From Podarcis gaigeae (lineage: Eukaryota), in NCBI GenBank assembly GCA_964106915.2, contig OZ066918.1: a stretch of 64,000 nucleotides of DNA. One strand, 5' to 3'. Under the pieces are notes generated by a model that was given only the letters and a program-made list of their open reading frames with translations, was not told where the DNA came from and made no database searches. Of the stretch, positions 1-13,227 are shown in pieces; position 1 is the stretch's first letter, and the number at the start of each line of letters is the position of its first letter. The translations under genes and the position numbers were made by a program.

Positions 1-181
1 AGGTAAACGGCGTTTCCGTGTGCGGCTCTGGCTCGCCAGAGCTGTGATGTCACGCTGGCCACGTGACCCGGAAGTGTCTTCGGACAGCGCTGGCCCCTGG
101 CTTCTTGAGTGAGATGGGCGCACAACCCCAGAGTCTGTCAAGACTGGCCCGTATGGGCAGGGGTACCTTTACCTTTACCTT
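1..181 (+). mobile_element. Sauria-type (POM/Squam1-like) SINE, 3' half, cut by window edge
   Basis: Near-identical to the 3' half of the copy at 13290-13651 and ends in an (ACCTTT)n tail. Confidence 0.9.
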
Positions 182-1195
182 TAAATGGCCATTCTCCTTC
201 ACTGCTGTTGTGGCAACAGCCTCTAATGTCTAGGCATCAACACTTGCAGCAAACGTCAGCTCATACTCATTTCGCTTTCTTGGCTTTATGGGTTGCAGAC
301 AGATATGTACAAATGTCTGCCTGAATAGCATTTCCTGCCAGACTCACTCAACTTGGACATTTTTGCCTACAGACAATATTCAACTAAATCAAAGTGCTAG
401 TGCACAGATTAGCTCAAGCACAATGGGACTTCCCTTTCTTCTCACCCCACATACACCTTATGCAATCCATGAATCTCCTCTTGAGGTTGAGAGAGTCCCC
501 AGAACAGATAAAGGGGGGCATGGGAGGAGTAGAGGGGGGTGACATTCTGTTGTGCAAGAAGAAATCCTTGCACTAATAGAACATCCACCTTAGGTCAAAA
601 CAAACCCAAGGAGGTTAAGATAGCCAGTAGATCAGGATAGACTAGCACTTTGCTCAGAGTTATTTTACTCCCACTAATTCACTAACAGCACATCAAAAAG
701 TTTGCTGCTTTAAAAATTACTGCAGATTTTGCTGGATGCATCAACTTGGTTGTTACCAGGAAATTTAGTTCATTTTGTCACTTGCACGTATGCAGAAAAA
801 TCTAACCCATTCCAGCATTTGTGCAAGAAATGGGGAAGCTTTGGCTGCCATGAACAGGCACATCAAAATTCAGAGAGGATGATAAACTATCTTGTTTCCA
901 ATTTATTCAATATACCCAGGCAAAGGCATAAGGAGCTAATATATAATTATTACTAACATCCCATTTCAGCCAGAGCTGTTTTATTATTCTGATGAAGAAG
1001 ATGATTAATTTGCAGTCTCACAGAAGGAGAGAACATAAAGTTTATGCCTGGTGTGTAAGTCCCTTGACTATAACTTCATATCATTTTTGTTTGTCAAACT
1101 CAATCTGTTAATTTTCTCTTCATTTCTAATTTTTTCAACCTTAAGTTCAGTTCTTAACATTACCACATAAGTGGAATATATACTTTTTAAATACA

Positions 1196-1318
1196 GTTTG
1201 GCCTTCCAGCAGTTTTCGGACTACAATTCCCATCATCCCTGACCACTAGTCCTGTTAGCTAGGGATGATTGGAGTTGTAGTCCAAAAACAGCTGGAGGGG
1301 CACGTTTGGCCACGACTG
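1196..1318. mobile_element. Degenerate copy of the palindromic hAT MITE family (older relatives near 1575-1668, 38695-38828 and 44560-44693)
   Basis: Shares the core GACTACAATTCCCATCATCCCTGACCAC...GGAGTTGTAGTCC with 26779-26914. Confidence 0.75.
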
Positions 1319-3769
1319 ACTTAGAATATGCATCCTCATCAGAGGCAAATAGTTGTTAAATGCAACTGATGGTCCCATATTTATAGCTGGATTGAGGCCA
1401 TTATTCTAAGAGGACAGATTATCTAGGGGGAAAGAACAACTAGACACCAAAACAATCAGGAGCAGAAGCAAGAAAGGGAGAGAGTGGCAAAGAAAAATGA
1501 CACTCTGAAACCTCTGGAACAGATAAACTATAAAGATGTTGCAGGGATTGAGTCCTAATACGATTATTGCCCTGCCATCTGGGGATTAGCAATCTGTGGC
1601 CTCTAGCTCCCAGCACCCTCAGCCAGAATGGCCAATTGTCAGGAGGGCCACAGGTTGTTAATCCCCGCTTTAGTTATTTCAAACTACTGACTACTGCCAC
1701 TGACTACGAATGTTTCCACGGGTCATTCCTAAACTCATTTCTGAATAGAAAAAGCATAGTTCTCCAATCAATTTAGAAGCAGCAACTCTTTTACATTCTA
1801 TCCTTTACTAGCAATATTTACAAGTGACATTCCAGATGAAAAGGCATTCTTAGCATAATTTAAGAAAACACATTCAGAAGGAAATAGAAAGCCAGCCCTA
1901 AGCCTCTTCACACTGCATGTTTCTCCTCAAGGAAGGCTCCCCATCTTCACAGAAATTGTAAAGGGGCAGATTCCAATTTGCACTAATTTCACTTTTAAAT
2001 GATGCTAAAAATGAAGATCTGCTCAGGATACTATGCAATGTCAGTGCACAGCCCTTTAGCGCGTGATGATTAAACCCCCTCGAGAAATGCTTGCTAATCA
2101 TTTGCATTACTAATGTATACTTAGCTTACAAGAGAATAAAAATAAAATTGAGCCTGATGGAATGGCTCACACAGCATTTAACACAGCTAATGCCTTTCTA
2201 AGATGCACTTAAGGCATTTTTTTTAATAAAAAAATGTTTTTAGACATATACCAGAAACCCCAAAGCTGCTGCTTCCAAACATATTTCTATTAAAACACTA
2301 AAGTGCTGTCTGCCCTGCAGTTTTCTGAATACTTTAGGCAGTGATGTGCCTCAGATGATCTGCCTGCTACATTTCTGCCTATTTAATGAGTCCATTTTCC
2401 TAAACACAAAATTAAATACATGGCTCACAAAACTTGGGGGCACCCCAGAACAAATGCTACATAAAGGAAGAGACCCATTAGGCACATTTATGTGCATTCA
2501 TTGTCTGCATTTGCCAAACTTCTCTTGTGGTGTATTCATTTTAAGTTGCTGGTTAATAGCATTTTTCCAAGATAACACAATTGTTGCAAGTCTTAAAAAG
2601 GGTGGTTTTTTGTTGTTTTTAAGGAATGAGGCTGCTTCTGTGATGGACGCAACTACACAGGTGTCACCTTCTCATAACTGATCTGTGGCATAAAAACTCA
2701 CTATTACTGAGCCGTATCAAAACGAATGCATTCATTCATGTAGACCCTGAAATCTTGTGAATCTCCTCAAAATCCCAGAACTACTTTAGGAAAAGGGATA
2801 TGACACTACCAAGGATTTTCATGAACTCTTTTCCTTTCCTTATTAACTAATTTTTAAAAATACTCTTTAAAAGCTGTGTGCTCTACGTCTACAGTGCTGA
2901 GGAGCACATTTCCCTTGGTGACTTAATGATATTTTTTCTAAGTAGTATATACACTGTCTAAATCATTAACATCATCACAACATGCCATTCACAGTTCCCA
3001 AAATGCAAGTTTGCTTGTTAGCTCTGTTCTTTTTTGGCATAAAATTATTGTTTGGGAGAAGCTATAAAGCAGTAAGGACTAGATTTCTCAGAGCAAATAA
3101 CTACTTTCTGGAATTCAAGTCATATTAGACAAACATTGGTAACAAGCCATAAGAATGAACACTCATAATAGTATGTCTATGTAATATATTAAACTGTGTG
3201 GCTGGATTCTTAACTTCACATTTTATAGCAACATAAGGAAATGTTAGGCTGTTTACTTCAAATGCTATCACCCTTACAAGCCTTGCTCATGTACTATAGC
3301 ATGGTGTACCTCAATGATAAATGTGTGAGATTTTAATGTTATAAAGCCATTTGCTTATTTTCTTTTTTTGCTGAAATGCTGGCTGCACATGCTGTTTAAA
3401 TGAAGCCAGTGGTCAGCTATATTATTTTCTTTCAGTCTGTTCAATTCTGTGGATAATAGGGAAAAAAGAGAAGGCGAGGTTTTCCATAACCCTCAATAAA
3501 TAAAAATTACTTACCCTTTTTGCCATTGGAAAGTCACTACTGGCGGCCTTGATGGGATGCCCTAGCTGGAACTGCAGGTATTGAGAAGCAACCCTGCTTT
3601 CTCCATTCTCTCACCTCCAACATCCAGTGCAAACAAGACAGGACTTGCCACAGAACCTACTTTGCCTTTTCTTTGCTCACCCCAGTGCTATATTCTAGTG
3701 CTACCACTAGCCCACTCAGCCCAATCCCCCCACTTATGTAACACTGCATGTGGAAAGAGGCACACATAC

Positions 3770-4450
3770 CCAGGACTCGGATTTGCATGACTGCTCCATG
3801 TAAACCAAAGAACATCCACAGTGGCTGGGAACAGTCCACGCACACCTGCATGCCGGCGTTTGCTCCATTGTGGCTCAAGTGCAGTTCGCCTTCTGAATTC
3901 ACCATGAATCCCAAAATGTCTCCACTCTGGAGAGGCACCAGCACCCTACAAACTGCCCAGAACTCTTTCCGGTCAACTAAAGACTCTGGATTATAAGGAA
4001 GGTCGCTGGGCCTCATGGTGCTGGGATCGCAAGTGGTCACCCCGTAAGAGAGTGTCCCAGTACGTGAAGTGTTGGATTTATTAATCTTGACAAATATGGT
4101 CTCATTGATTCTAAGGGGCCTGCTGGTGAAAACCAAAGTTCTCTCTTCTCGAGCATGCTCCAGGCGAGCCACTGTCTGGTCATCCAGGATTTTAATATGG
4201 GCTCCCCTGAGCTGATGGAAACGGAGGTCACTTTCAAGCTGGGATGGGAGGAGGTGGGAATGTTGAGAGTTGAGGGAATTCTGTGGAATGGGACACATGG
4301 CAGCCATGACATGGAAGTTCTCCTCCTGGAGGTTGAGGTCGCAAAGGCTCACAGACAGACGGGTGTCCTCAGTCTCCCTGCGTAGTGAAGGCCGCCGGAT
4401 AGCCGTGAAGGATCTTGGACGGAGACAATCTGGAGCAATAATTTCACTGT
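3770..4450 (-). CDS. NEURL1: NEURL1 coding exon (681 nt), linker plus NHR2: [26 protein letters not shown]...[12 protein letters not shown]...[18 protein letters not shown]
   Basis: Overlaps ORF 3657..4352(-). Acceptor tgattttcag|ACAGT, donor CTGG|gtatgt, phase 1 to 1. NHR2 motifs intact. Downstream exons (RING) not found in window. Confidence 0.97.
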
Positions 4451-5401
4451 CTGAAAATCAGAACAAGAGAGGGAAGAGATCACCTGAGGACAATGTGAAC
4501 GTCTAGTTTACATTATCAGTTCCTCTATGAGCAATGCAAGCTTTTGCTGTTACCAATGTGTTTCCCCTTCTACATGATAAAACAGATCAGTCCATTTTCC
4601 AGTGAAATCATCTCTGTAAACATTTCAAGTACCATTTCAGGCAGACTCTCTCTGAGTCAGTATCAGATATTGAGGGTGGGGGGCAACACTTGGAAAAGTG
4701 AATCAGATGGTAAATAAGCAGGATCCATCAAGAAACCACTGGCAGATTGCTGGAGAGCCCTGAAAAGTTACGCTCTGTCGACATCTAGAATATGTTTCAT
4801 GGTAAAAATGAAAAGGACAGCTGAGCAGGTATTTGTCTTTAACATTTTAGAAAGAGGAGGGTGAATCCACAGCTATGCTTGTCCAAACACATTCCCTTTC
4901 TTTCCAGCTGAGTGGGGAAAGTGGAGTTATGCCATATAAAAGGATAACTGATTCACACAAAGTGGTCTTGCAAATGCATATCCAAGATGGGAATAATGGC
5001 TCTAACTCCACTCAGAAGTTGTGAGAAATGCCTAGTTTACTGGTGACTGTTTACAATGTTGATGTACTCTTAAATTTACGGCTGTCCTTAGGCTGAAATC
5101 CTATACTACCTGGGAGTAAATTCCATGACCCTCAATGCAACTTCTGGGGACATAGGGTTGAATCTAGACTTGATCTCACTTAAGAGTAGATCTACTGAAA
5201 TCAATGAGGGAATTTAATCATGACTTACTTAATTCCAACTGATTTTAATGGGTCTACTCTAAGCAGGACTAAATTGCAGTCCAACCCAGTTTTTTAAATA
5301 GTATTTTACTGTATTTTTATTATAGTTTTTTTGGTTTTGTTATCAGCTCCATTTGGGTGCCACTGTGGCAGAGAGCACAACTCATTAATTTATAAAAGAA
5401 A

Positions 5402-6936
5402 AGCCCAGAATAAAATTTAAGATACTTACTGATGCTAAAGACAGAGGGGGGTTTGCCCTGCCGGACTTGAAACTATATTATGAATCAGCAGCTTTTTGCT
5501 GGTTGAAGGAATGGCTACTTCTTGAGAACACTGACATCTTAGATCTTGAAGGTTATGATAATGTATTCGGGTGGCATGCATATTTGTGGTATGACAAGGT
5601 TAAAGTGCATAAAGCATTCAAAAACCATATTGTCAGGAAAGCACTTTTTAATGTCTGGATTAGATATAAAGGTTTTTTTGAGAATGAAACTCCAAGGTGG
5701 TTATCACCTATGGAAGCAAAAGCTATGAAAAAACTTAATATGGAAGCAAAATGGCCAAAATATTGTGAGATTTTGGAACAGGAAGGTGACAAGTTGAAAT
5801 TGCAGAGTTATGAGAAGCTTAAAGGGAAGGTGCGAGACTGGTTACATTATTTTCAAATAAGAGAGGTTTACAACCAAGATAAAAAAAAATCGGTTTCCAG
5901 GTGGAAAAATCAAAGTTGGAAACAGAATTGTTAGAACCCAATGCTAAGATACTATCAAGAATATATAACCTGCTGTTGAAATGGAGTACTGAAGAAGAGA
6001 TGGTAAAATCTGCTATGATTAAATGGGCACAGGATATAGGACACAATATTATGTTTGCTGACTGGGAGCAGTTGTGGACCACCGGGATCAAATTTACGGC
6101 ATGTAATGCCTTAAGAGAGAATATTATGAAAATGATACATAGGTGGTACATGACCCCAGTCAAGCTTGCAAAAATTTATCATTTGCCCGATAATAAATAT
6201 TGGAAATGTAAAGAAATTGAAGGTACATTCTTTCACCTTTGGTGGACGTGCCCGAGGATTAAGGCCTTCTGGGAGATGATTTACAATGAAATGAAAAAGG
6301 TACTCAAATATACTTTTGTGAAGAAACCAGAGGCTTTTCTCCTGGGCTAGTCGGCCAATTGGTGTCAAAGAAGGATAGAACTTTCTTTATGTATGCTACA
6401 GCAGCAGCAAGAATACTCATCGCAAAGCATTGGAAAACACAAGATCTACCCACCTTGGAAGAATGGCAGACGCAAGTAATCGACTATATGGAAATGGCTG
6501 AAATGACTGGCAGAATCCGAGATCAGGGAGAAGAGTTGGTGGAAGAAGATTGGAGGAAATTTAAAATTTATTTACAGAAGCATTGTAAAATGTATGAATG
6601 TTGATGGCATTAAAATGATATGAAGGGGTTCTGGTGACAAGAGAAATTTGAGTTTATAAAATTGGGAGGAAAAATATTTAAGGGTAAAAGTAGCAGGTTT
6701 TGAATTTGCTGAATTAATTGTCAAATTGGAATACAAAAAAGGGAGCCGTGAGGAAGTCAGGAAAATAAGTGATTCAAAGATAAGAATTTAAAGAGAGGGA
6801 TTTTTGTTTTTGTTTTTTTGTGTATTTTTTGTGTTGTTGTTTCTTTGTTGTATGTGTATCTTTTTTCTTTTTCTTGTGTATGTTGTTATCTTTAAAAAAA
6901 ACTTAATAAAATATTTCATTAAAAAAAAGAAAAAAA
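5402..6936 (+). mobile_element. 5'-truncated L1-clade LINE (ORF2 C-terminus + 3'UTR + A tail), pseudogenised
   Basis: GGFALPDLKLYY motif, zinc knuckle (Y)WKC...FFHLWWTC, and a PTLEEW...W C-terminus. ORF is broken by frameshifts at the A-run near 5881-5889 and near 6348. AATAAA and an A-rich tail follow. TSD TTATAAAAGAAA at 5390-5401 and 6937-6948. Confidence 0.93.
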
Positions 6937-7339
6937 TTATAAAAGAAATGAATAAACATTTCAAATTCATTCATTCAGCAAAACTTAGTTAAGATTCGTA
7001 ATGGAGAGTAATGGAGTGGGACTCAGTTGTGGCTAATATAAATCTCACTGACTCCAATAAGACAGTCATGATGAACGTCACATGTTATCTGGTCTGTGTT
7101 TTCCCCTCAATATACTTTAGACTGTATTTGTTCTACAGTTTAGTACCAAGGATAGTGAGTTTGGATCAGTATTTTATCTGGGTTTCAGGTCAAGTTTCCC
7201 GTGCATTTTATCTACTTTTAATTTTTATTTTATCTTGTCATATTTTCAAAAGTAACAGAAAGCAGACAGCAAATCAGGAAAAACTAAATCATCACCACCA
7301 TCCCATATTAGCACAGTAAAAACAACAAAAAGCACTACA

Positions 7340-7625
7340 CACAGAATGCAAAGAAGAACCTTAAAAACTTTTTTTAAAAAAAGAAAATCATGGAAATATT
7401 TTTTGACCAGACCTTTTAAAATAACTCAGTTTTTTACTGGCTTCCTAAAACAATCAAAAGATAGAGCCTGGCAAATATTATATAGCCAATGTGATGCTCT
7501 CCTGAAGTTGTTGGATACCTCCCACCAGCCAATGGCCAGGTATGATGGAAAGTGCTGTCCAATAATATACAGAGGGACCTTTTCAGCCACAAGCAGAATT
7601 GCAACTGACATTCCACACCTTCAGG
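7340..7625 (-). mobile_element. Probable ancient L1-like 3' end (similar remnants near 40660-41050 and 51240-51700)
   Basis: Degenerate Trp-containing C-terminal-like ORF remnants followed by T-rich 3'UTR-like sequence. Family not certain. Confidence 0.4.
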
Positions 7626-8693
7626 AGTACTTTTTCCATGTATACAATCTGCTAGGTTCTATGTACATTGGTGGGTGTGGCATAGTTGCTGTGGGCGGGG
7701 CCATTCGAAGGCTTTACCACAACCTTTACAATGGCCAACTCTACAATTCTATGATTCTATGACATCATTTATGAGCCCTGCTTATTTGTGCAAGTAATAT
7801 TTTCATTAGCGAAACCTCTTTTCTAGCCGTATGTTTTAATGAAGAGCAGCATGACACTATTAACACCATTGTGCTATGATGTCAGTTGTTTTGTGGGCTG
7901 CTCACTGATAGTGCTTCTAGTCAGCGAGACACCTCACCAGGGTTGTGTCTTGCCAGCTTTTTTGTTTCAGTGAAGTACTTCCCTTAGGACCACAAAAGTA
8001 TGTCTCAAGTGAGTGCTGACAGGCAAGCCATCTGTCTTTGATTTGGTTTATAAAAAACATTTCAGCTACAGGGCTTGTTCACGCTTAGGGTTTACTCCTA
8101 AGGCTAAGTAATTAGTCTGTTGCTCACTATAAGCAGAAGTATGAATGCAGCCATTCAAGGACAGCTGTTACAATCCCTTAGCAATTCCCCACCACCGCCA
8201 CCCCGGTATAAAGTTTGGATTAACCTGCCTTATCCAACTCACTGAAGTTGTCTGAAGCCTAAATTAGACATCATTCTAATTGAACAGTTAGCAGCCACAT
8301 TCAGGTGTTGTTGCTTTTAAAAAAACAACCCAATACCAGGTTCATTTTCATCTGTAATGGCAGTGCCCAGTGAGGGTCAATTTAACCCCTTCCTCCTCAG
8401 CCAAACTCCACACACTTACGCTCTGCAGTGAGCCTTAGGAGAAATAAAAGCCTGCACTGGGGCTAATCACTCAGACCTGGTTTCCACATGTAGCAGCATG
8501 GAGTATTGTTCTACTTCAAGTGGTGTGTGTGTGTGCGCGCGTGCTATTTTTGAAAGATACTTTTTAAAAAAACTCTCTTTATAAAGAAAAATGTAAAATA
8601 TCATGAACTAGGCTAGGTTGGGCTGATTTTTATCCTCATTGCACTAGCTGTATAACGGCAGGGATTTTAAACACGGGGAAACATTTAAAAGTT

Positions 8694-8893
8694 NNNNNNN
8701 NNNNNNNNNNNNNNNNNNNNNNNNNNNNNNNNNNNNNNNNNNNNNNNNNNNNNNNNNNNNNNNNNNNNNNNNNNNNNNNNNNNNNNNNNNNNNNNNNNNN
8801 NNNNNNNNNNNNNNNNNNNNNNNNNNNNNNNNNNNNNNNNNNNNNNNNNNNNNNNNNNNNNNNNNNNNNNNNNNNNNNNNNNNNNNNNNNNNN
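8694..8893. other. Assembly gap (exactly 200 N)
   Basis: Direct. The round size suggests a placeholder, so the true length of this intron is unknown. Confidence 0.99.
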
Positions 8894-11367
8894 GCCTTCT
8901 CCATGCACTGCAATCCCCATGAAAATTACAAACTCCCAACACAACTTTTCCTCAACAACAACAACACATGGGCTTTCTAACCATGCAATTATTCTAACAC
9001 CCTGCATGACCCTCTGTCTGTGCTTGCAGTGCTCTATATGCAAGGTGAGAATGGCAGGGCTACTGAGACAGTGGGAGCTTTGCAGAAATGGAGCCATGAC
9101 TGTGCCACTCTCTAAAACATTGTCCCTGTCCAGAACCAGTCCAGTTAACAAGAATGTATGGAGGAGCAAAGCCATCTTCTGCACTGAGATTATTAAAACA
9201 ATGCCTCGGTGATGTAGATAAGACATTACAGCAGAACAAGAAAAAGCAGATGATGCAGGCAAATGTAACACCAGAATGTAGAAAGCCATGAGCCAAGAAG
9301 CAAGGCAGAACTAACAGATTCAACAGCATTATTGGCACTTTGTGTCAGATCTGGTATAATGAGAACTATACAATTATTATAAAATAGCCAGATTGACTGT
9401 GTAAAGGGCAACTGCAAATATATTGATACTCAAGCATGGAGGCATCTAAAGTACAGAACCTATCTGCTGACTGGGTGTCTGTACTTTCTATAATAAATAA
9501 CTGTAGAATACTTTCCATTTCATAACAGATACACCAGTTGCCAAAATATTTGTGAGCACTTCTGATTATTTTTAATGGCACCAGGAAGGATTCAAACTGC
9601 TACTTCAAAGACGCAAGTTTTCCATGCCAATGTTCTAACTCAGGAGTCTTATTCTGCATCCAATGTCAACCCAAAGGGCATGTTCAGAATTTTCATGCTT
9701 CCTTCATGCCATTTGGCCAATTTGGCTGCATTTCAGGAACAAATAAATGAGTTTGCACATGTGCTTAAATGCTTTTCTGCAGATACCATCTGAGACTCTC
9801 AAAAGCATTCACTAGGAAGCACAAGAGAGATGGTCGGATGATTAACATTCATGGACATGAGCCAAGTGGCCCAGAATGTCTTCCTTGTAACAGGAGCAAT
9901 TTAAGTGATACCAGTTTTTGCTCGAATAAGTGCTCATTTCCCAGGCAAACCTACTGCAAACACACAAGTCAAAATTTGGAAACTATATTAAAATACGCGC
10001 TTTTTGCATATGTGTACAAATTATATTACAGGAAAGTAAAAAAGAAACTGCTGAGGACCTAAGATGAATCATTTGCTAGTCTTATCTATTAATGTCAATT
10101 TAAATGTTCTTTGCATCAGGAACAGCTGCAAAGCAAATAGCTGAAACAGCAGCTCTAATCTGTAACTCTAGCTCCAAGGGCTGGTTGAAAGAAGAAGGGA
10201 ACCAATGAAGGGCATCTATAGCTATCCATGCCAAATGATGCGTCTGAAAAGCTCAACTATTTGGTGAATTTGCATTGTATGTTGGGCTGATGAGTGCTTG
10301 AGAGAGAATCTTGGCAGGCCCAGCTGGTAACTTTTGTTCATCAGCGATACACATAAAATTATGTATACAGGAACTGCACTTGAAGCATGCTCGTGTTGTT
10401 ACAGATTGATTGTACACACCAAAGCCTCTGCATGAATGCTTGCTGGACAAGTTCAGTTACGTTTGCAAATTTCTTGCCCCCCAAACAGCCTATTTAGTCA
10501 TCTTTCCTTCATGTTCAGATTGAATAACCTCACAGAAGTATTAAGAGGAAGGATGAAAATATGAGTTAGATTCATATTATATTAAATTCAACTTAATATA
10601 GGTGGTTTCTCATGTTTGCCTTTTCAACCTTGTTCTCAGCCAAATGTTTCCACTTAGCTGTGTTTTCTAATCAGTATTTGTCAACATAATCAGTTATTTG
10701 TTCATTTGTATTTTACCTGATTGATTCCTGAAAAAATTTGCAAAAGGGAAGGAAACTGGGTTAAGCTTGTATTTTTAATATTTCTTGCTAATATGAACAT
10801 GTAGTGAAAATATTTTGATTAATGTTTGATTCCTATTTAATATAAACATAAGATAACATAATATAAACATAAGAAAATACATTCATTCTTATGTTTGTAA
10901 CCTTTCAAGATGGGACTTGAGTAGAAGAAAAATGGATTTCATCTACATCCATCCAGGCACTAACCAAACCTAGATCAGCTTAGCTTCAGCAAAATGGTGG
11001 CCTACTGTGCCGTGAGACCATGTCTGAGGCGACATACAGTTGAAGAAACTGTACTTCCAACCCCCATGCTCAAGATGAAAACATTTTGTAGCACTTTTCC
11101 AGTTTTTATATTGAAAATGATGGAATGTATTCAAAACAGATGAAGATGCTTGATCTCATTTGTAGATCTAGTGATTAGAAAGAGCCACACGTGATCCAGG
11201 GATCTTGCTTTTCACTGGCTTGTAAAGCCTACGCCCCATCCTCTTATCCTCTTAACAAATATGAAATTCCACCTCCTGAGCTATGACTGATATAACTGGA
11301 TGGACCACTCTTGCCTAATTGCCCATTTTGTGATATTTGTATTTCATTAAAAAAAGACAATGAACAG

Positions 11368-11869
11368 GAACTGGCAGAAATGACTGGCAGAATCCGAGAC
11401 CAGGGAGAAGAGTCGGTGGCGGAAGACTATTTACAGAAACATTGTAAAATTAATGAATGTTAGAATGATGTTGGAACGAATTTATGTGGTTTTAGCAGAA
11501 ATGTTATAAAGGCTTAGGAAAAAACAGACTGTTAATTGGTGAAAGGAGGGAAAGTAAAGTTACATTAATATGAAGATAAATTACAGGACAAAAATTGGAA
11601 AAGATGGGAAGGATTTGCTGAAATAGCTAACCGAACTAGAATACAAAAAAGGGAGGTGTGAGGAGGTCAAGGAAACAAGCTAATGAAAGATAAGTTACGG
11701 GAAGAGTTGCTGTGTTTTTTAATTGTTTGTATTTTTCTGTTCTTTTTTTCTTCCTTTTTTCCTTTTCTTTTTTTACTCATTGTGATGTGTTGACTTGCTT
11801 TTGTTTAATATGGTGTTTTTACTTTTGCTTTTTGTAACCCTTAAAACTTTAATAAATATTATTTTTTTT
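11368..11869 (+). mobile_element. Short 5'-truncated L1 3' end
   Basis: Encodes ELAEMTGRIRDQGEE, as in the other two L1 copies, then a 3'UTR with AATAAA. 17-bp TSD AAAAAGACAATGAACAG at 11351-11367 and 11870-11886. Confidence 0.9.
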
Positions 11870-13227
11870 AAAAAGACAATGAACAGATATTTAAGTTTGT
11901 AAAAGTTTCTGCCAAGTTAGTTATATCAACATCTAGCATTATGCCTCCACCTTGTCACATGTGGAAAGGACATAAGCAAACTTGAACTCCACTCAACTTA
12001 ATCTACATTCCTTTATTAGATTTAATTTTTTCCAGATCAGTGAGCTTATTCCATAAGTAATACCACATAGCCACTACCAGAAATATACAGGTAAACAAGC
12101 AAGAAGAAAAAGCACATCACGTATTCACCGAACAGTACTTTGGAGGTGGTTTTTTTTGGACTGCCACACCACTGTAATGCCTTTCTGGCAATCAAACCAT
12201 GGGAAATCTCCAAAGTTGTAAAGCACAAATGAAATCAAGTGTGCACATTCTCAACTTTTGAATTGTTCAAAAGGAAGTGATCCATGTAGGAACCAGCCTT
12301 TTGATTGTCTTGTTTTTCAACTGAAGAATGTTTTAAATCTCGTTCGTAGCAGTTTTACATGAGCGTCCGGTTTCCTGGGCACCAGCAGAGTAAGCATCTA
12401 CGCTAATAGCTATTTGGATGGATGGATAGTTTAATGCCGAAAGCAGGTTGCTATGGAGAGTGTGACACAGGAATCTGAGATGACTCAAGTGCACTGGTGC
12501 ACAAATTGACACAGCCTATAGCTTCTGTTGATATTTGCTGTTTGCTTCCCTCATCCTAGTACGATGGAAACAGATCAAAGGCCAGAGTATTTGAAGTATG
12601 CTATTCATCCTCCCCCACTCCCCATTTTCCTCCAGAGGCTCCAACACTATGTACAAAATTATATTAAACATCATGCACGTAGAAATCCTTTAAGTGGTGT
12701 CAATTATTCTGTGCTGATTTCCATGTGCTCCAGCAACCCAAATGTGATCCCAAATCTTTCTTCAGCAGCCAATCCTTACTTTTTATTAAGTACTGTTGGT
12801 ATCTTCTTTGGATGTGAAATAGAATGCTGATTCCCACTCCCATGTTAATTGTCAGCATGAAGAATATGACCCGATACATAACCGTTGAACACCATACAAA
12901 AGTAACTAAAGCATTACTGCTAGCTATCTACCCATTCACCCAAGTAGAAGGGCATTTGCCTCTCAACAAGGAGACCAGAGCAGTATTAGGTGTGACAAAT
13001 AGTTATGTCCACAGGAAAGTCAGAAGCCCAGGATAGAAACAGCATGGTAGTTCTACTACACTTGGACATACTGCTCTCTCAAGTGCCAAATAAGAGCAGA
13101 ATCAGTGGTGTAGTGGTAAATTCTGGAGCATAGGTAAAATGAAGTGAGTTATGTTGATCCACTATTATACACTACTCAAAGAACAGTGGTACAATGCATA
13201 AAATCTACTTTATGATTATCAGTATGA

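Noticed and set aside
1-3500. Downstream NEURL1 exons (Ser/Pro-rich region and RING)
   Set aside because: I found no matching peptide or C3HC4 pattern by eye. They probably lie left of the window.
8636-9289. Long ORFs spanning 8.6-9.3 kb
   Set aside because: Their length is an artefact of reading through the 200-N gap.
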